Shown in pieces: positions 29,601 to 39,868 of a DNA stretch of 64,000 nucleotides (position 1 is the first letter of the stretch; each line of letters opens with the position of its first letter). The notes beneath the pieces were generated by a model. It had not been told where the DNA came from. It did no database searches and worked only from the letters and a program-made list of their open reading frames with translations. The DNA comes from an uncultured Chloroflexia bacterium. Its GTDB lineage: Bacteria > Chloroflexota > Chloroflexia > QHBQ01 > JADMIH01. The translations under genes were made by a program, and so were the position numbers. The stretch covers positions 1,024,001 through 1,088,000 of the forward strand of contig CAWCNY010000002.1 of assembly GCA_963797095.1 (NCBI GenBank), given 5' to 3'.

Positions 29601-30960
29601 ATCGCCTGATGATCTGTGGGCAGTCGGATCGTGGGCGTACGCTCCTGAGCCATCCTATATATTGCACTGGAACGGCACACAATGGGCCAGAGTGGAGCCT
29701 GAGGGCAATATTTCGTCCGCGCTATCGGGTGTGGCTGCAATCGCAAGCGACAACGTATGGTTCGTGGGAGCAGATTCGAATGTGAGCCTGACGTTGCACT
29801 GGGATGGCACGTCGCTGGCGGTGGTGGACAACCCTCATGGTGGAGGAGTAAGCGCGCTATGGAAAGTGAGTGGCCTTCCCAATGGGGACGCCTGGGCGGT
29901 GGGTGAGCAAGATGGTGCGTCATTGGATACGCACGTAACGCTTGCGCAGCATTATCTTTCCTGCGTTTCCGCAACTTCTACCCCAACAGCTTCCGCTACT
30001 GCCACGCCTATGGGCACCGCGACAGTATCCGCCAGTGAAACTACTATTGCAACTTCAACCGGAACACCAACCCCTCTTGCTTCTGTAACCCACACGGACA
30101 CGACTACGCCCGTCATATCGACCGGAACATCGACCGAGATATCGACATCAACAGCCGCTCCGACGGACACCAGCGTAATTCCCACTCAATCCCCCACCGG
30201 CACGCGCACTCAAACACCTTCGGCTACTTCTACGGCCATAATCACCACCACGGCTAAATCGACGTCTACGGCAACAGCTACGGCTACCGCTAGCGCCTGT
30301 CCGGTGCAGTTCGCAGACGTGCCGGATGGGCATACTTTCTACTCCTTTGTGCGCTGCCTGGCTTGCAGGGGTATTCTGACAGGGTACGCTTGCGGGGGAG
30401 TGGGAGAGCCTTGTGACGGCAACAACGACCCCTATTTCCGCCCCAATAATGGGGTGACACGTGGGCAGATCGCCAAGATCGTGTCGGAAGCGGCAGGGTT
30501 CGATGAGGCTGTTTCGGGGCAGGCATTCGAGGATGTGCCCCCAGGCTCGACCTTCTATGTGTACGTGGAGAGGCTGGCAAGTAGAGGCGTTATGCAGGGC
30601 TATCCATGCGGTGGCGCGGGAGAGCCGTGCGGCACAGGCAGCCTCCCCTACTTCCGGCCCGGCGCTGGCGCTACGCGTGGGCAACTGGCAAAGATCGCAT
30701 CGAACGCTATAGAGTGGGCCGATTCGATCCCGGCGGGGCAGTATACCTTCGCGGATGTGCCGGTGGGGAGTGCGTTCCACCCATATATCGAGCGGATGCT
30801 GATGCACAGGCCGGGTGCTATGTCGGGGTATCCTTGCGGCGGCACGGAAGAGCCGTGCGACAGTGCTGGGAGGCCCTACTTCCGCCCAGGCAACACCCTT
30901 ACGCGGGGGCAGACCGCCAAGATCGTCACCAATACCTTCTTCCCGGAGTGTGTGCCGTAG
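26695..30960 (+). pseudogene. Large secreted HWDG-repeat beta-propeller protein with SLH tail, interrupted by one in-frame TAA (27679-27681)
   Basis: ORFs 26695..27681 and 27748..30960 share a frame; sequence reads WDG*SWEDIP inside a repeat; many NDVWAVG...HWDGxxW repeats. Confidence 0.8.
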
Positions 30961-30985
30961 TCCAGCGCCAATAGATGCTGTTAAG

Positions 30986-31064
30986 TAAGGGCACCCCTCG
31001 TGGGTGCCCTGTGTTCTTGCCACGATCTCTTCCCAACGGGGCGCCCACTAGGAGTGCCCCTACA
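30986..31064. repeat. REP-like double palindrome
   Basis: AGGGCACCC..GGGTGCCCT and GGGGCGCCC..GAGTGCCCCTAC. Confidence 0.6.
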
Positions 31065-31108
31065 GATAATTTGACCGCAAATCTGAGCACGTACCTTTTA
31101 TTCTGCTA

Positions 31109-31137
31109 TTGACAAGTAATTACTCTGCCTTTACACT
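31109..31137 (+). promoter_or_regulatory. sigma70 promoter
   Basis: TTGACA-17 nt-TACACT; the -10 lies in the first of two TACACTCTTATC direct repeats. Confidence 0.6.
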
Positions 31138-31230
31138 CTTATCTACACTCTTATCCGAAGCCAAACATTTATCTAATATTCCTCCCAGGGGCGCACCCGG
31201 CAAATATGCCACTATGAAGGGGGTAACACC

Positions 31231-33651
31231 ATGTACCGAATCAGGGAGATTCTATTAGCCCTGTGCCTGTTTGTACTCTGCCTGATGGTGGCGGGGATGG
31301 CGGGTGAAGCAGGAGCTTCCTACCCGGCCGGGAGCGCACCTGCAGGCACCGACCCCTACCATCATCTATCGGGCGTGGTAGCGATGCGATTGACCGGGGG
31401 TGACGGCCTGGGGATGGCTGATGGCGGAATGCACCCCGCTTCGTTTGCGTCGAACTTTGTGCGCAACCCACAATCGGTGTTTGGGAGCCTCCTTGCCCCA
31501 CCTGTGTTTGGCCCGAACGTGGATGCCACGCTCAATAACTCGGCGACCCAGAACGAAACGACCATAGGCATCGATCCAACCAGCGACCAGCGCGTGATCG
31601 CCGGGGCCAACGACTACAGGGCCAACCTTAAGCCGTATATCTATTACTCCACCGATGGCGGCGATACATGGGTCAATTACGCGGTGCCGGGCACTCACTC
31701 GATCTATTACGGCGACCCCGCGATGGCGTTCGACCGTGGAGGCTACGCCTACTTCAGCAATTTGGGCTACATCAATGTGTGCGACCCCTCCGGTGGGATG
31801 TACGTCAGCAATTCGACCGATTTTGGGGCGTCGTTCTCGGAGCCGATCACGGTGGCGACCAACTTCGTGGGTGGCGGGTTGGCGATCTTCCACGACAAAG
31901 AGTACGTGGCGGTAGACGACAACCCGTCCAGCCCCTACTCCGGCACCGTGTACCTGGGGTGGACCAAGTTCATGTTCCAGTCGGGCACAGGGTGCGGTGG
32001 CGTCAACAGCCAGTTGGGCGCGCCCATCGTCTTCTCGCGGTCGACAGATCACGGGCTGTCATGGTCGGTGCCTATCACGGCAAGCCCGCCTATCTCCAAC
32101 AACAACCAGGGGTCGCTACCTGTGATCGGCACCAACGGCGAGGTCTATCTCTACTACGTGGGCGCGGCCACTCAGAGCCAGATCAATTACAACTCGGTGC
32201 TCTTCTCGCGCTCGACCGACGGCGGGCAAACATTCCCGTTCTTCACGCGCATATCGGACCTGACCGACCTCCCAAGCCCGCTGCCGCCCACCAACTTCCG
32301 CAACAATCCGTTCGGGGCGATGGCAGCGGACAAGCAGATTTATGGGTATCTGTACGCGGTGTGGGCCGACTATCGCAACGGCGATGCCGATATTTTGCTT
32401 TCGCGCTCGACCGACGACGGAAATTCGTGGAGCGCACCACAGCGCGTAAACGACGACCCGGTAGCGAACGGCAAAGACCAATTCTTCCCCTGGATCACCG
32501 CATCTGCGGATGGAAGCATCCATATAGGGTGGTTCGATAGGCGCGAGGACGCGGCAAACCGCAACTATAAAGAGTACTATACGGTCTCTTATGACCACGG
32601 CGCGACGTGGGAGCCAAACGTGGCAGTTAGCAGCGCCGCCTCTAATCCCGGTACGTCTACGTTCATCGGGGACTATTCGGGGATAGGAGCGACCACCGGG
32701 GTGGTGATTCCAATCTGGACTGACATAAGGACTGGTACGAATCAGAACGCCTACGTGGCGCGGGGTGTATATACGGTAGGGCCAACGCTGACCCCCACAC
32801 CAACCGAAGCGCCCACGAACACGGCCACTCCGACGGCCACCGATACGCCTACCTCGTCGCCAACGCTTGTCAGCACCGCTACTGCCACCAGCACCAACAC
32901 TCCCGTTACGCCTCCGTCAAATACGCCAACAAATACTGCGGTCGTTCCGCCTACTGGCACGCCAACCAATACCCCCATAATTGTCCCTACACCCACCTCT
33001 ACCATGTGCCCCATCCAGTTCACCGATGTGCCTGAGGGTAGCACCTTCTACTCGTTCATCAGGTGCCTGGCGTGCCGGGGGATCATCAACGGCTATACGA
33101 CGGGATGCGTGACGGGAAGCCCCTGCTTCAAGCCGAACGATAATGTCACGAGGGGGCAGGTAGCCAAGATCGTGTCGAACGCGGCTGGATTCAACGAGCC
33201 TGCGACCAGCCAGCAGTACGAGGATGTGCCCGTTGGCTCTACCTTCTTCGACTTCATCTGGCGCTTGACCGTGCGGGGCTACGTCAACGGCTATCCATGC
33301 GGCGGGCCAGGGGAGCCTTGCGGGGGCGGCGGGTTGCCTTATTTCAGGCCCAACGCCGACGTGACGAGGGGGCAGATCACCAAGATCGTGTCGAATGCCG
33401 CGCAGTACAACGAAACAGCCACTGGGCAGCAGTTCCAGGACGTGGCCCCTGGTTCCACTTTCTATGACTTCATATACAGGTTGGTGATAAGAAACATCAT
33501 GTCGGGCTACCCGTGCGGAGGAGCGGGTGAGCCATGTGTAAGCCCCGACAACCTGCCTTATTTCAGGCCGGGAGCCAGCGCCACCAGGGGGCAGACATCG
33601 AAGATAGTAGCCAATACCTTCTATCCAAGTTGCGATACTCCCAGCAGATAG
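31231..33651 (+). CDS. Secreted sialidase-like (BNR) beta-propeller protein with SLH tail
   Basis: Signal peptide, QNET..DP, DKE, STDGG Asp-boxes, DQFFP, IGDY, PT linker, three SLH repeats. Confidence 0.88.
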   Translation: MYRIREILLALCLFVLCLMVAGMAGEAGASYPAGSAPAGTDPYHHLSGVVAMRLTGGDGLGMADGGMHPASFASNFVRNPQSVFGSLLAPPVFGPNVDATLNNSATQNETTIGIDPTSDQRVIAGANDYRANLKPYIYYSTDGGDTWVNYAVPGTHSIYYGDPAMAFDRGGYAYFSNLGYINVCDPSGGMYVSNSTDFGASFSEPITVATNFVGGGLAIFHDKEYVAVDDNPSSPYSGTVYLGWTKFMFQSGTGCGGVNSQLGAPIVFSRSTDHGLSWSVPITASPPISNNNQGSLPVIGTNGEVYLYYVGAATQSQINYNSVLFSRSTDGGQTFPFFTRISDLTDLPSPLPPTNFRNNPFGAMAADKQIYGYLYAVWADYRNGDADILLSRSTDDGNSWSAPQRVNDDPVANGKDQFFPWITASADGSIHIGWFDRREDAANRNYKEYYTVSYDHGATWEPNVAVSSAASNPGTSTFIGDYSGIGATTGVVIPIWTDIRTGTNQNAYVARGVYTVGPTLTPTPTEAPTNTATPTATDTPTSSPTLVSTATATSTNTPVTPPSNTPTNTAVVPPTGTPTNTPIIVPTPTSTMCPIQFTDVPEGSTFYSFIRCLACRGIINGYTTGCVTGSPCFKPNDNVTRGQVAKIVSNAAGFNEPATSQQYEDVPVGSTFFDFIWRLTVRGYVNGYPCGGPGEPCGGGGLPYFRPNADVTRGQITKIVSNAAQYNETATGQQFQDVAPGSTFYDFIYRLVIRNIMSGYPCGGAGEPCVSPDNLPYFRPGASATRGQTSKIVANTFYPSCDTPSR

Positions 33652-33668
33652 AATAGAAAGGCTCAGTC

Positions 33669-36600
33669 ATGAACAGATCGCCTGGCCGTGGGCTATGGTT
33701 GGCGTCGGCATCCCTGCTGCTGTTAGCTGTGATCGGGATCGCACTCCTTGCGCACTATACGGCCCAATCGTCACAAACCTCTCCTCCAACAGTCACAAAC
33801 TCCGCACGTAGCAGCGCGATGGGCCTGACAAGCCCGTGGCCGGGGGCCGAGCATGAAGGCTCGGAGCTACAGGAGATGGCCGACTACTGGTACCAGAGGC
33901 TGACCTATCCCACAGGCGTGCTCAACCCTGAGTGGATCTTGCAGGCCACCAAACAGGATCAACAGGTGCAGAGCGGCGTGCCCGCTGGCCGGGTGGTGTA
34001 TAACCGCGCCGAAAGCCAATCGCCCCTGGACCTCGATCCTAACAGCTTTCTATCGCTTGGGCCTAAGCCTTTGCAGTGGTTCATCGGGAACACAGGGGGA
34101 CGGGTCAATGCGATCGTGGTGGACCCTGTGGTCACAACCACCGCCTATCTGGGGGTGGCGGGCGGGGGTGTCTGGAAAAGCACCAACTGCTGCTCGCCTT
34201 CGACCGTGTGGTTGCCCGTTACGGATGTATCCTCGGTGCCAAGCATCGGCGTTGACGACCTGACCATCGACCCGAACGATCACAACGTGATATACGCGGG
34301 CACGGGCGACCTGAACTATACCCTGCCTGAGTATATCGTGGGCGGCGTGCTCAAGAGCACCGATGCGGGTGCTAGTTGGAGCGCGCTTGGGCTTGATGTG
34401 TTCAATGCCGCCTATCCGGTGCCAGGGGGCGCGCCTCCCGAAACGCAGGCCATCGGCAAGGTGAAAGTGGACCCCCGCGACAGCAACAAGATCGTGGCCG
34501 GCACCAAGAGCGGGCTGTTCGTCTCCTACGATGGAGGGGCCAACTGGGCCGGGCCGTGCTACACCAATCCCTATTCGACGCAGAGGCAGGACGTGACGGG
34601 CCTGCTGATGAGGGATACGGGCAGCTTCACCGAGTTATATGTGGCGCAGGGCACGCGCGGCTTCAGCCTGACCATCCAGCCAAGCATGGCCGAGAACGGG
34701 GCGAACGGCATATACAAGGCAGAGCTTGGGAGCAGTGGGTGCCCCGCCGGATGGTCGCTGATCACGCGCCAGGACAACGGCTGGCCCTCAGGCACGGGGA
34801 CCGGCACGCCTGGACACCTGGGTGGTGACAAATTAGGGCGTATAGATCTCGCGTTCGCGCCTGGCACTATTGGGCCGGGGAGCAGCAATGTAACTATCTA
34901 CGCGCAGGTGCAATCTACTCAGGGCAATGTAGGCGGCCAGTTGGGCGTGTGGCGCACCACCGATGGTGGCACAACCTGGAGCCAGCGGTCGAGCAGCAGC
35001 GCGCTTGTGCCGTGCCCCGGCTCGCCCTATGGCGATTTCCCGCAGAACTGGTTCGACCAGGGATTGGCCGTCGACCCGACAGACCTCAAGAACGTCTATA
35101 TGGACACCTTCGACCTGTGGCGTTCGACCGATGGGGGGGTTACGTTCACCGATATCACATGTGGGTACTCGTCGACGGCGCAGGCGCACCCCGACCACCA
35201 CGCTATAACATTCAGACCGGGCTCGACAAATGATCTGCTGGCGGGCACGGACGGTGGTGTGTATAACACAAGCGACGGCGGCACCTTCTGGCAGGAATTG
35301 AACGACACCTTAAGTACGCTTGAGTTTTACTCAGGGGATATAACAGCTGATTTCGCCAATTCCGACCACCCGGCGGCGGCAGGCGGTATGCAGGACAACG
35401 GCACCGCCGTAACCGAGTGGTTTGGCACGCCCGGCCCCTCGGCGTGGTCTGCCGTGCTGGGCGGTGATGGGATCTGGTCGCGGATTGAGCCTGTGCTGGG
35501 TCAGCGTTACTATGCCGAGGTGAACGGGGCGCGCCTCTTCGCGTCTGAAAGCGGCGGGTTTGGCGGCTACAACGAGATCACGGGCGGGTGGCGCTCGGCA
35601 CCGCACAACTACCTCTTGCCTTATGACCTGTACAAGTACGATTGCCCGGACACTGGCTGCACCCACGTGATAGTCGGTTCAAACGCGGTCAGCGAGACCG
35701 TGACCGGCGTTGCGCCGTGGATCAAAGTCAGCCCCGACTTCCCAGGCTACATCGAGAAACTGCACTATTCTGTGAGCCTCTCCACCACCGCCATATTCGG
35801 CACCAGCCAGGGGCAGGTGGTGTACGGCTTCGGGCTGGGGCAGGGCGTGATGGCGAACTGGGTGGACGTGACGGGCGGGAACGCGGTGTTGCCCAACAGG
35901 CCCATACTGGACGTGGCTACAGACCCTGTGAACCCCTTGATCGGGTACGCGGGGGTAGGAGGGTTCGGAGAGAACACTCCCGGCCACGAGGGGCACGTGT
36001 TCCGCGTGACCTGCACGGCGGATTGTGCCTCATTTGCGTGGGAGGACAAGAGCGGCAACCTGCCCGATGTACCTGTGGAGGCGATAGTGGCGAACCCCCT
36101 CTACCCACAGCAGATATTCGTGGGCACCGATTGGGGTCTGTATTACTCGGACGACATCACCGCAGGGGTGCCTGTCTGGCAGCGGTTCGACGCGGGGCTG
36201 CCGCACGCCTTCATATACGATATGCAGATCGACAGGGGCTTCACGGTGCTGTCGGTGTGGACGCGCAGCCGTGGGGCGTTCGTGTGGCCCCTGCCTGCCG
36301 GCCCTGTCGGTGGGCCGACGGTGACGCCAGGACCCGCAACTGCCACGGCTACAAGCAGCCCAACGGTTGTGCCTACCTCCACCGAGATGCCGACTGCAAC
36401 GAGCACCAGTACGAGCACCAGTATGAGTACCAGCACAAGCACCTCGACGGTTATTCCTTCCGATACGCCGTCCAGCACATATACCGTTGTGGCGGGAACC
36501 GCAACGCCGACTTTGTGCGCGATCAGCTTCACCGATGTGCCTGCGGGGAGCACCTTCTACGATTATGTGCAGTGCATGGCCTGTAAAGGGATCATCAACG

Positions 36601-37157
36601 GCTATACAACCGGCTGTGAGACGGGTAACCCGTGTTTCAGGCCTAATGCCAACGTGACGAGGGGTCAGCTATCGAAGATCGTGTCGAACGCGGCTGGCTT
36701 CCATGACGACCCCGGCAGACAATGGTTCGAGGATGTACCACCAGACTCGACCTTCTTCGACTTCATACAAAGGCTGGCGAACCGTGGGATCATCAATGGC
36801 TATCCGTGCGGTGGGCCCGGCGAGCCATGCGGGAGTGGGAGCCTGCTCTACTTCAGGCCGAACGCCAATGTGACGAGGGGTCAGCTATCGAAGATCGTGT
36901 CGAACGCGGTAGCATATAGTGACCCGCCGGGTGCGCAGCAGTTCGAGGACGTGTTGCCCGGCTCCACTTTCTATGACTATATCTGGAGGTTGGCCGACCG
37001 CGGCATAATGTCGGGCTACCAGTGCGGAGGGGTAGGAGAGCCTTGTGGAGGGGGAAGCCTGCCTTACTTCCGCCCATCCAACAATGCTACCAGGGGGCAG
37101 GCGAGCAAGATCGTGGCAAACACCTTCTTCCCAGCCTGCTCTACCCCGGACAGGTGA
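33669..37157 (+). CDS. Secreted BNR/VPS10-like double-propeller protein with SLH tail
   Basis: GGRVNAI..DP, GGVWKS, HPDHHA, GTDGG, GGMQDNG and GGDG motifs; SLH repeats. Confidence 0.88.
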   Translation: MNRSPGRGLWLASASLLLLAVIGIALLAHYTAQSSQTSPPTVTNSARSSAMGLTSPWPGAEHEGSELQEMADYWYQRLTYPTGVLNPEWILQATKQDQQVQSGVPAGRVVYNRAESQSPLDLDPNSFLSLGPKPLQWFIGNTGGRVNAIVVDPVVTTTAYLGVAGGGVWKSTNCCSPSTVWLPVTDVSSVPSIGVDDLTIDPNDHNVIYAGTGDLNYTLPEYIVGGVLKSTDAGASWSALGLDVFNAAYPVPGGAPPETQAIGKVKVDPRDSNKIVAGTKSGLFVSYDGGANWAGPCYTNPYSTQRQDVTGLLMRDTGSFTELYVAQGTRGFSLTIQPSMAENGANGIYKAELGSSGCPAGWSLITRQDNGWPSGTGTGTPGHLGGDKLGRIDLAFAPGTIGPGSSNVTIYAQVQSTQGNVGGQLGVWRTTDGGTTWSQRSSSSALVPCPGSPYGDFPQNWFDQGLAVDPTDLKNVYMDTFDLWRSTDGGVTFTDITCGYSSTAQAHPDHHAITFRPGSTNDLLAGTDGGVYNTSDGGTFWQELNDTLSTLEFYSGDITADFANSDHPAAAGGMQDNGTAVTEWFGTPGPSAWSAVLGGDGIWSRIEPVLGQRYYAEVNGARLFASESGGFGGYNEITGGWRSAPHNYLLPYDLYKYDCPDTGCTHVIVGSNAVSETVTGVAPWIKVSPDFPGYIEKLHYSVSLSTTAIFGTSQGQVVYGFGLGQGVMANWVDVTGGNAVLPNRPILDVATDPVNPLIGYAGVGGFGENTPGHEGHVFRVTCTADCASFAWEDKSGNLPDVPVEAIVANPLYPQQIFVGTDWGLYYSDDITAGVPVWQRFDAGLPHAFIYDMQIDRGFTVLSVWTRSRGAFVWPLPAGPVGGPTVTPGPATATATSSPTVVPTSTEMPTATSTSTSTSMSTSTSTSTVIPSDTPSSTYTVVAGTATPTLCAISFTDVPAGSTFYDYVQCMACKGIINGYTTGCETGNPCFRPNANVTRGQLSKIVSNAAGFHDDPGRQWFEDVPPDSTFFDFIQRLANRGIINGYPCGGPGEPCGSGSLLYFRPNANVTRGQLSKIVSNAVAYSDPPGAQQFEDVLPGSTFYDYIWRLADRGIMSGYQCGGVGEPCGGGSLPYFRPSNNATRGQASKIVANTFFPACSTPDR

Positions 37158-37327
37158 TCGCCTATGTAGAGATCGAGATCGTTGGTTCCTGATTCCTGGT
37201 TAGTGCGCGAGGGATCTTGTTCTTCGCTTATACTCTTGGGCGTGATACTCTCCTGATCGGGATCTTGGAACAGGACATTATTAGCCTGGTAGTCTATTTT
37301 GTAGCATGCAAAAGGAAGGAATCGTTT

Positions 37328-39787
37328 ATGTCATCAATCCGCAACTCGAATATGAAGTGGGTCATCGTGTTTGTGTTGGTGTTATTTTCATTGATGGTGC
37401 TAACCACTCTCTCTGAGCCGCAGACCCAGGCGGCCAATGCTTCCACACCCACCTGGTTGGCGGCGGTGCCGCTTCATCAGATCAATCCACCTCGCCGAGA
37501 GTCGGGGCCTCCCTCCGATGGTCCGGCTCCGCTGGTCGGTTTGCCGTCTCCGTTCAGGGCGTTGGATACACCGGTGTGGGGGGATAACGTGCGGGCGAAT
37601 ACCGACACACAGTCGCCTAATCGCGCCCAGCAAGAGCCAAGTATAGCGATCAACCCGACCAACCCGCTGAACGTGGTGGCTGCCGCCAAGGACGAGCGGG
37701 GAGGGGTCAACACCAAGCAGGTGTGGATCTATACGTCGACGGATGGCGGGCAGACCTGGCTCAACCAGCCGTTTCCTCATGCAACTCCAGCGCCGAGCTA
37801 TTCCAGCGACCCGGTCGTGAAGTTCAGCGACGATGGCATCTGCTACGTGGTATCGCTTCCATACGGGAGTGGCACCGTGGGCGTGCAGGTCGCTACCTCA
37901 ACCGATGGAGGCGTTACATTCGCCACAGGCACGCGGGTGACCACCAACGGCAACTCGGATAAAGAGTGGATGTGGGTCGATAACTACCCGTCCAGCCCCT
38001 ATTACCACAGGATGTACGTGGCCTGGATGGACTTCTCGCCCGGTTTCCGCGTGAATATCTCTACCGACCGGGGGCAGACGTGGGCTCAAAGCCCGCTGGG
38101 GCAGAGCGCGTACCAGTTCCCGATGCCGATTGTCTACCCGAACGGGGATGTGGTGGCGATCTTCGCCAACCCGTCTAACTTCGCGTACGTGCGATCTACC
38201 AATGGCGGCACTAGCTGGGCTTCACAACAGTCGATTGCGAATTATTCATACGCGAATTGCCCGCCCGACAATTCGGGCTGCGGCATCTGGCGTCTCAATT
38301 CGATCCCCGTGATCGCGGTGAACCCCAACAACGGCAACGCGGTTGTGGCCTGGGCCGATGGAGGCAGCCCCAACAACACCAGTACCATCAAGTTCTCGCG
38401 TGGGGCATCCAACGGAACGGTGTGGTCTGCGCCGGCGGTGCTTGCCGCGCCTGGTGTCGCCAACACCTACCAGGTAGAGCCGTGGGTAGAAGCCGACGAA
38501 AACGGCACCTTCCATGCTGTCTGGTATGACGATCGCTCGAACCCCAATACAAGTATATTCGACATCTATTACAGCCAATCCACCGACGACGGCCAGACCT
38601 GGAGCACCGCTGAGAGGATCAGCACCGCCACCAGCGACCTGCGCATAGGGATACCAAGCAGCTACGCGCTGGCCGCGGGCGACTATATTAACGTGACCGC
38701 GGCGGATGGGAATGTTTATGCGACATGGACCGACACGCGGGCAGGCAACGGCGAAGATATCTATGTGGTGCGCGGGATCATGGGCGGGGGCACGCCAACT
38801 CCCACACCTACGGGCACACCGCCCACCAGCACAGCCACGCGCACTTCGACTTCAACGTCCACATCTACATCTACGAGCACGCAAACAAATACGGCCACAC
38901 CCACAAGCACGCGTACCAATACCAGCGTGCCAACAAGCACGACAGGGCCAACAGATACGGCTGTCCCGACCGATACGCCGGGTGCGACTGGCACATCTGA
39001 GCCAACAAGCACGGCTGCGCCCACCGATACAGTAACCCCGGCACCCACAGACACCTCAACGAGTGTGGTGCCGTCCGCGACATCTACGTCCACGGCCCTG
39101 CCGACCGATACTGTGGTTGCCCCGACGGTCACGCCAACCTCGTGCGTGCTGCAATTCACCGATGTGCTGCCCGGCGATACCTTCTACGACAATATCAGGT
39201 GTCTTGCTTGCAGGGGCATCATCAACGGCTATTCGTCGGGGTGCGAGACCGGGAACCCTTGCTTCAGACCGGGGAACCTCGTTACCAGGGGGCAGATATC
39301 CAAGATAGTGTCCAACTCGGCTGGCTTCAATGGGGAGACCGGCCCGCAGCAGTACGAGGACGTGCCTCTCGGCTCGACCTTCTACGATTACATCTGGCGC
39401 TTGACTATCAGAGGGTACCTGAACGGCTATCCGTGCGGCGGGCCTGGCGAGCCTTGTGGAGCGGGGAACCTGCCTTACTTCAGGCCCAACACCAACGTCA
39501 CCAGGGGACAGCTAAGCAAGATCGTATCGGAAGCTGCCGGCTTCAACGAAGCATCTGGAGATCAGCAATTCGAGGATGTGCTGCCCGGCAGCACCTTCTA
39601 CGACTACATCTGGCGCTTGACCGACCGCAGCATCATGTCAGGCTACCCGTGCGGAGGGGTAGGAGAGCCCTGTGTAGACCCTGCCGACCTGCCATACTTC
39701 AGGCCAAGAGCCAACGCTACGAGAGGCCAAGCATCAAAGATCGTGGCTAATACCTTCTTGCCCGGCTGTGAAACGCCGGTGCGATAG
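37328..39787 (+). CDS. Secreted sialidase-like (BNR) beta-propeller protein with SLH tail
   Basis: Paralogous in layout to 31231..33651 (QQEP, SDP, DKE, GDY, WTDTR); AAGGA RBS. Confidence 0.88.
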   Translation: MSSIRNSNMKWVIVFVLVLFSLMVLTTLSEPQTQAANASTPTWLAAVPLHQINPPRRESGPPSDGPAPLVGLPSPFRALDTPVWGDNVRANTDTQSPNRAQQEPSIAINPTNPLNVVAAAKDERGGVNTKQVWIYTSTDGGQTWLNQPFPHATPAPSYSSDPVVKFSDDGICYVVSLPYGSGTVGVQVATSTDGGVTFATGTRVTTNGNSDKEWMWVDNYPSSPYYHRMYVAWMDFSPGFRVNISTDRGQTWAQSPLGQSAYQFPMPIVYPNGDVVAIFANPSNFAYVRSTNGGTSWASQQSIANYSYANCPPDNSGCGIWRLNSIPVIAVNPNNGNAVVAWADGGSPNNTSTIKFSRGASNGTVWSAPAVLAAPGVANTYQVEPWVEADENGTFHAVWYDDRSNPNTSIFDIYYSQSTDDGQTWSTAERISTATSDLRIGIPSSYALAAGDYINVTAADGNVYATWTDTRAGNGEDIYVVRGIMGGGTPTPTPTGTPPTSTATRTSTSTSTSTSTSTQTNTATPTSTRTNTSVPTSTTGPTDTAVPTDTPGATGTSEPTSTAAPTDTVTPAPTDTSTSVVPSATSTSTALPTDTVVAPTVTPTSCVLQFTDVLPGDTFYDNIRCLACRGIINGYSSGCETGNPCFRPGNLVTRGQISKIVSNSAGFNGETGPQQYEDVPLGSTFYDYIWRLTIRGYLNGYPCGGPGEPCGAGNLPYFRPNTNVTRGQLSKIVSEAAGFNEASGDQQFEDVLPGSTFYDYIWRLTDRSIMSGYPCGGVGEPCVDPADLPYFRPRANATRGQASKIVANTFLPGCETPVR

Positions 39788-39868
39788 GCGCACGAAAGAC
39801 GAGGGACGAAGGACGAAATAAGCAATATGCAGTACGCAGTACGCAGTATACACTCGTCCTTCGTCCTT

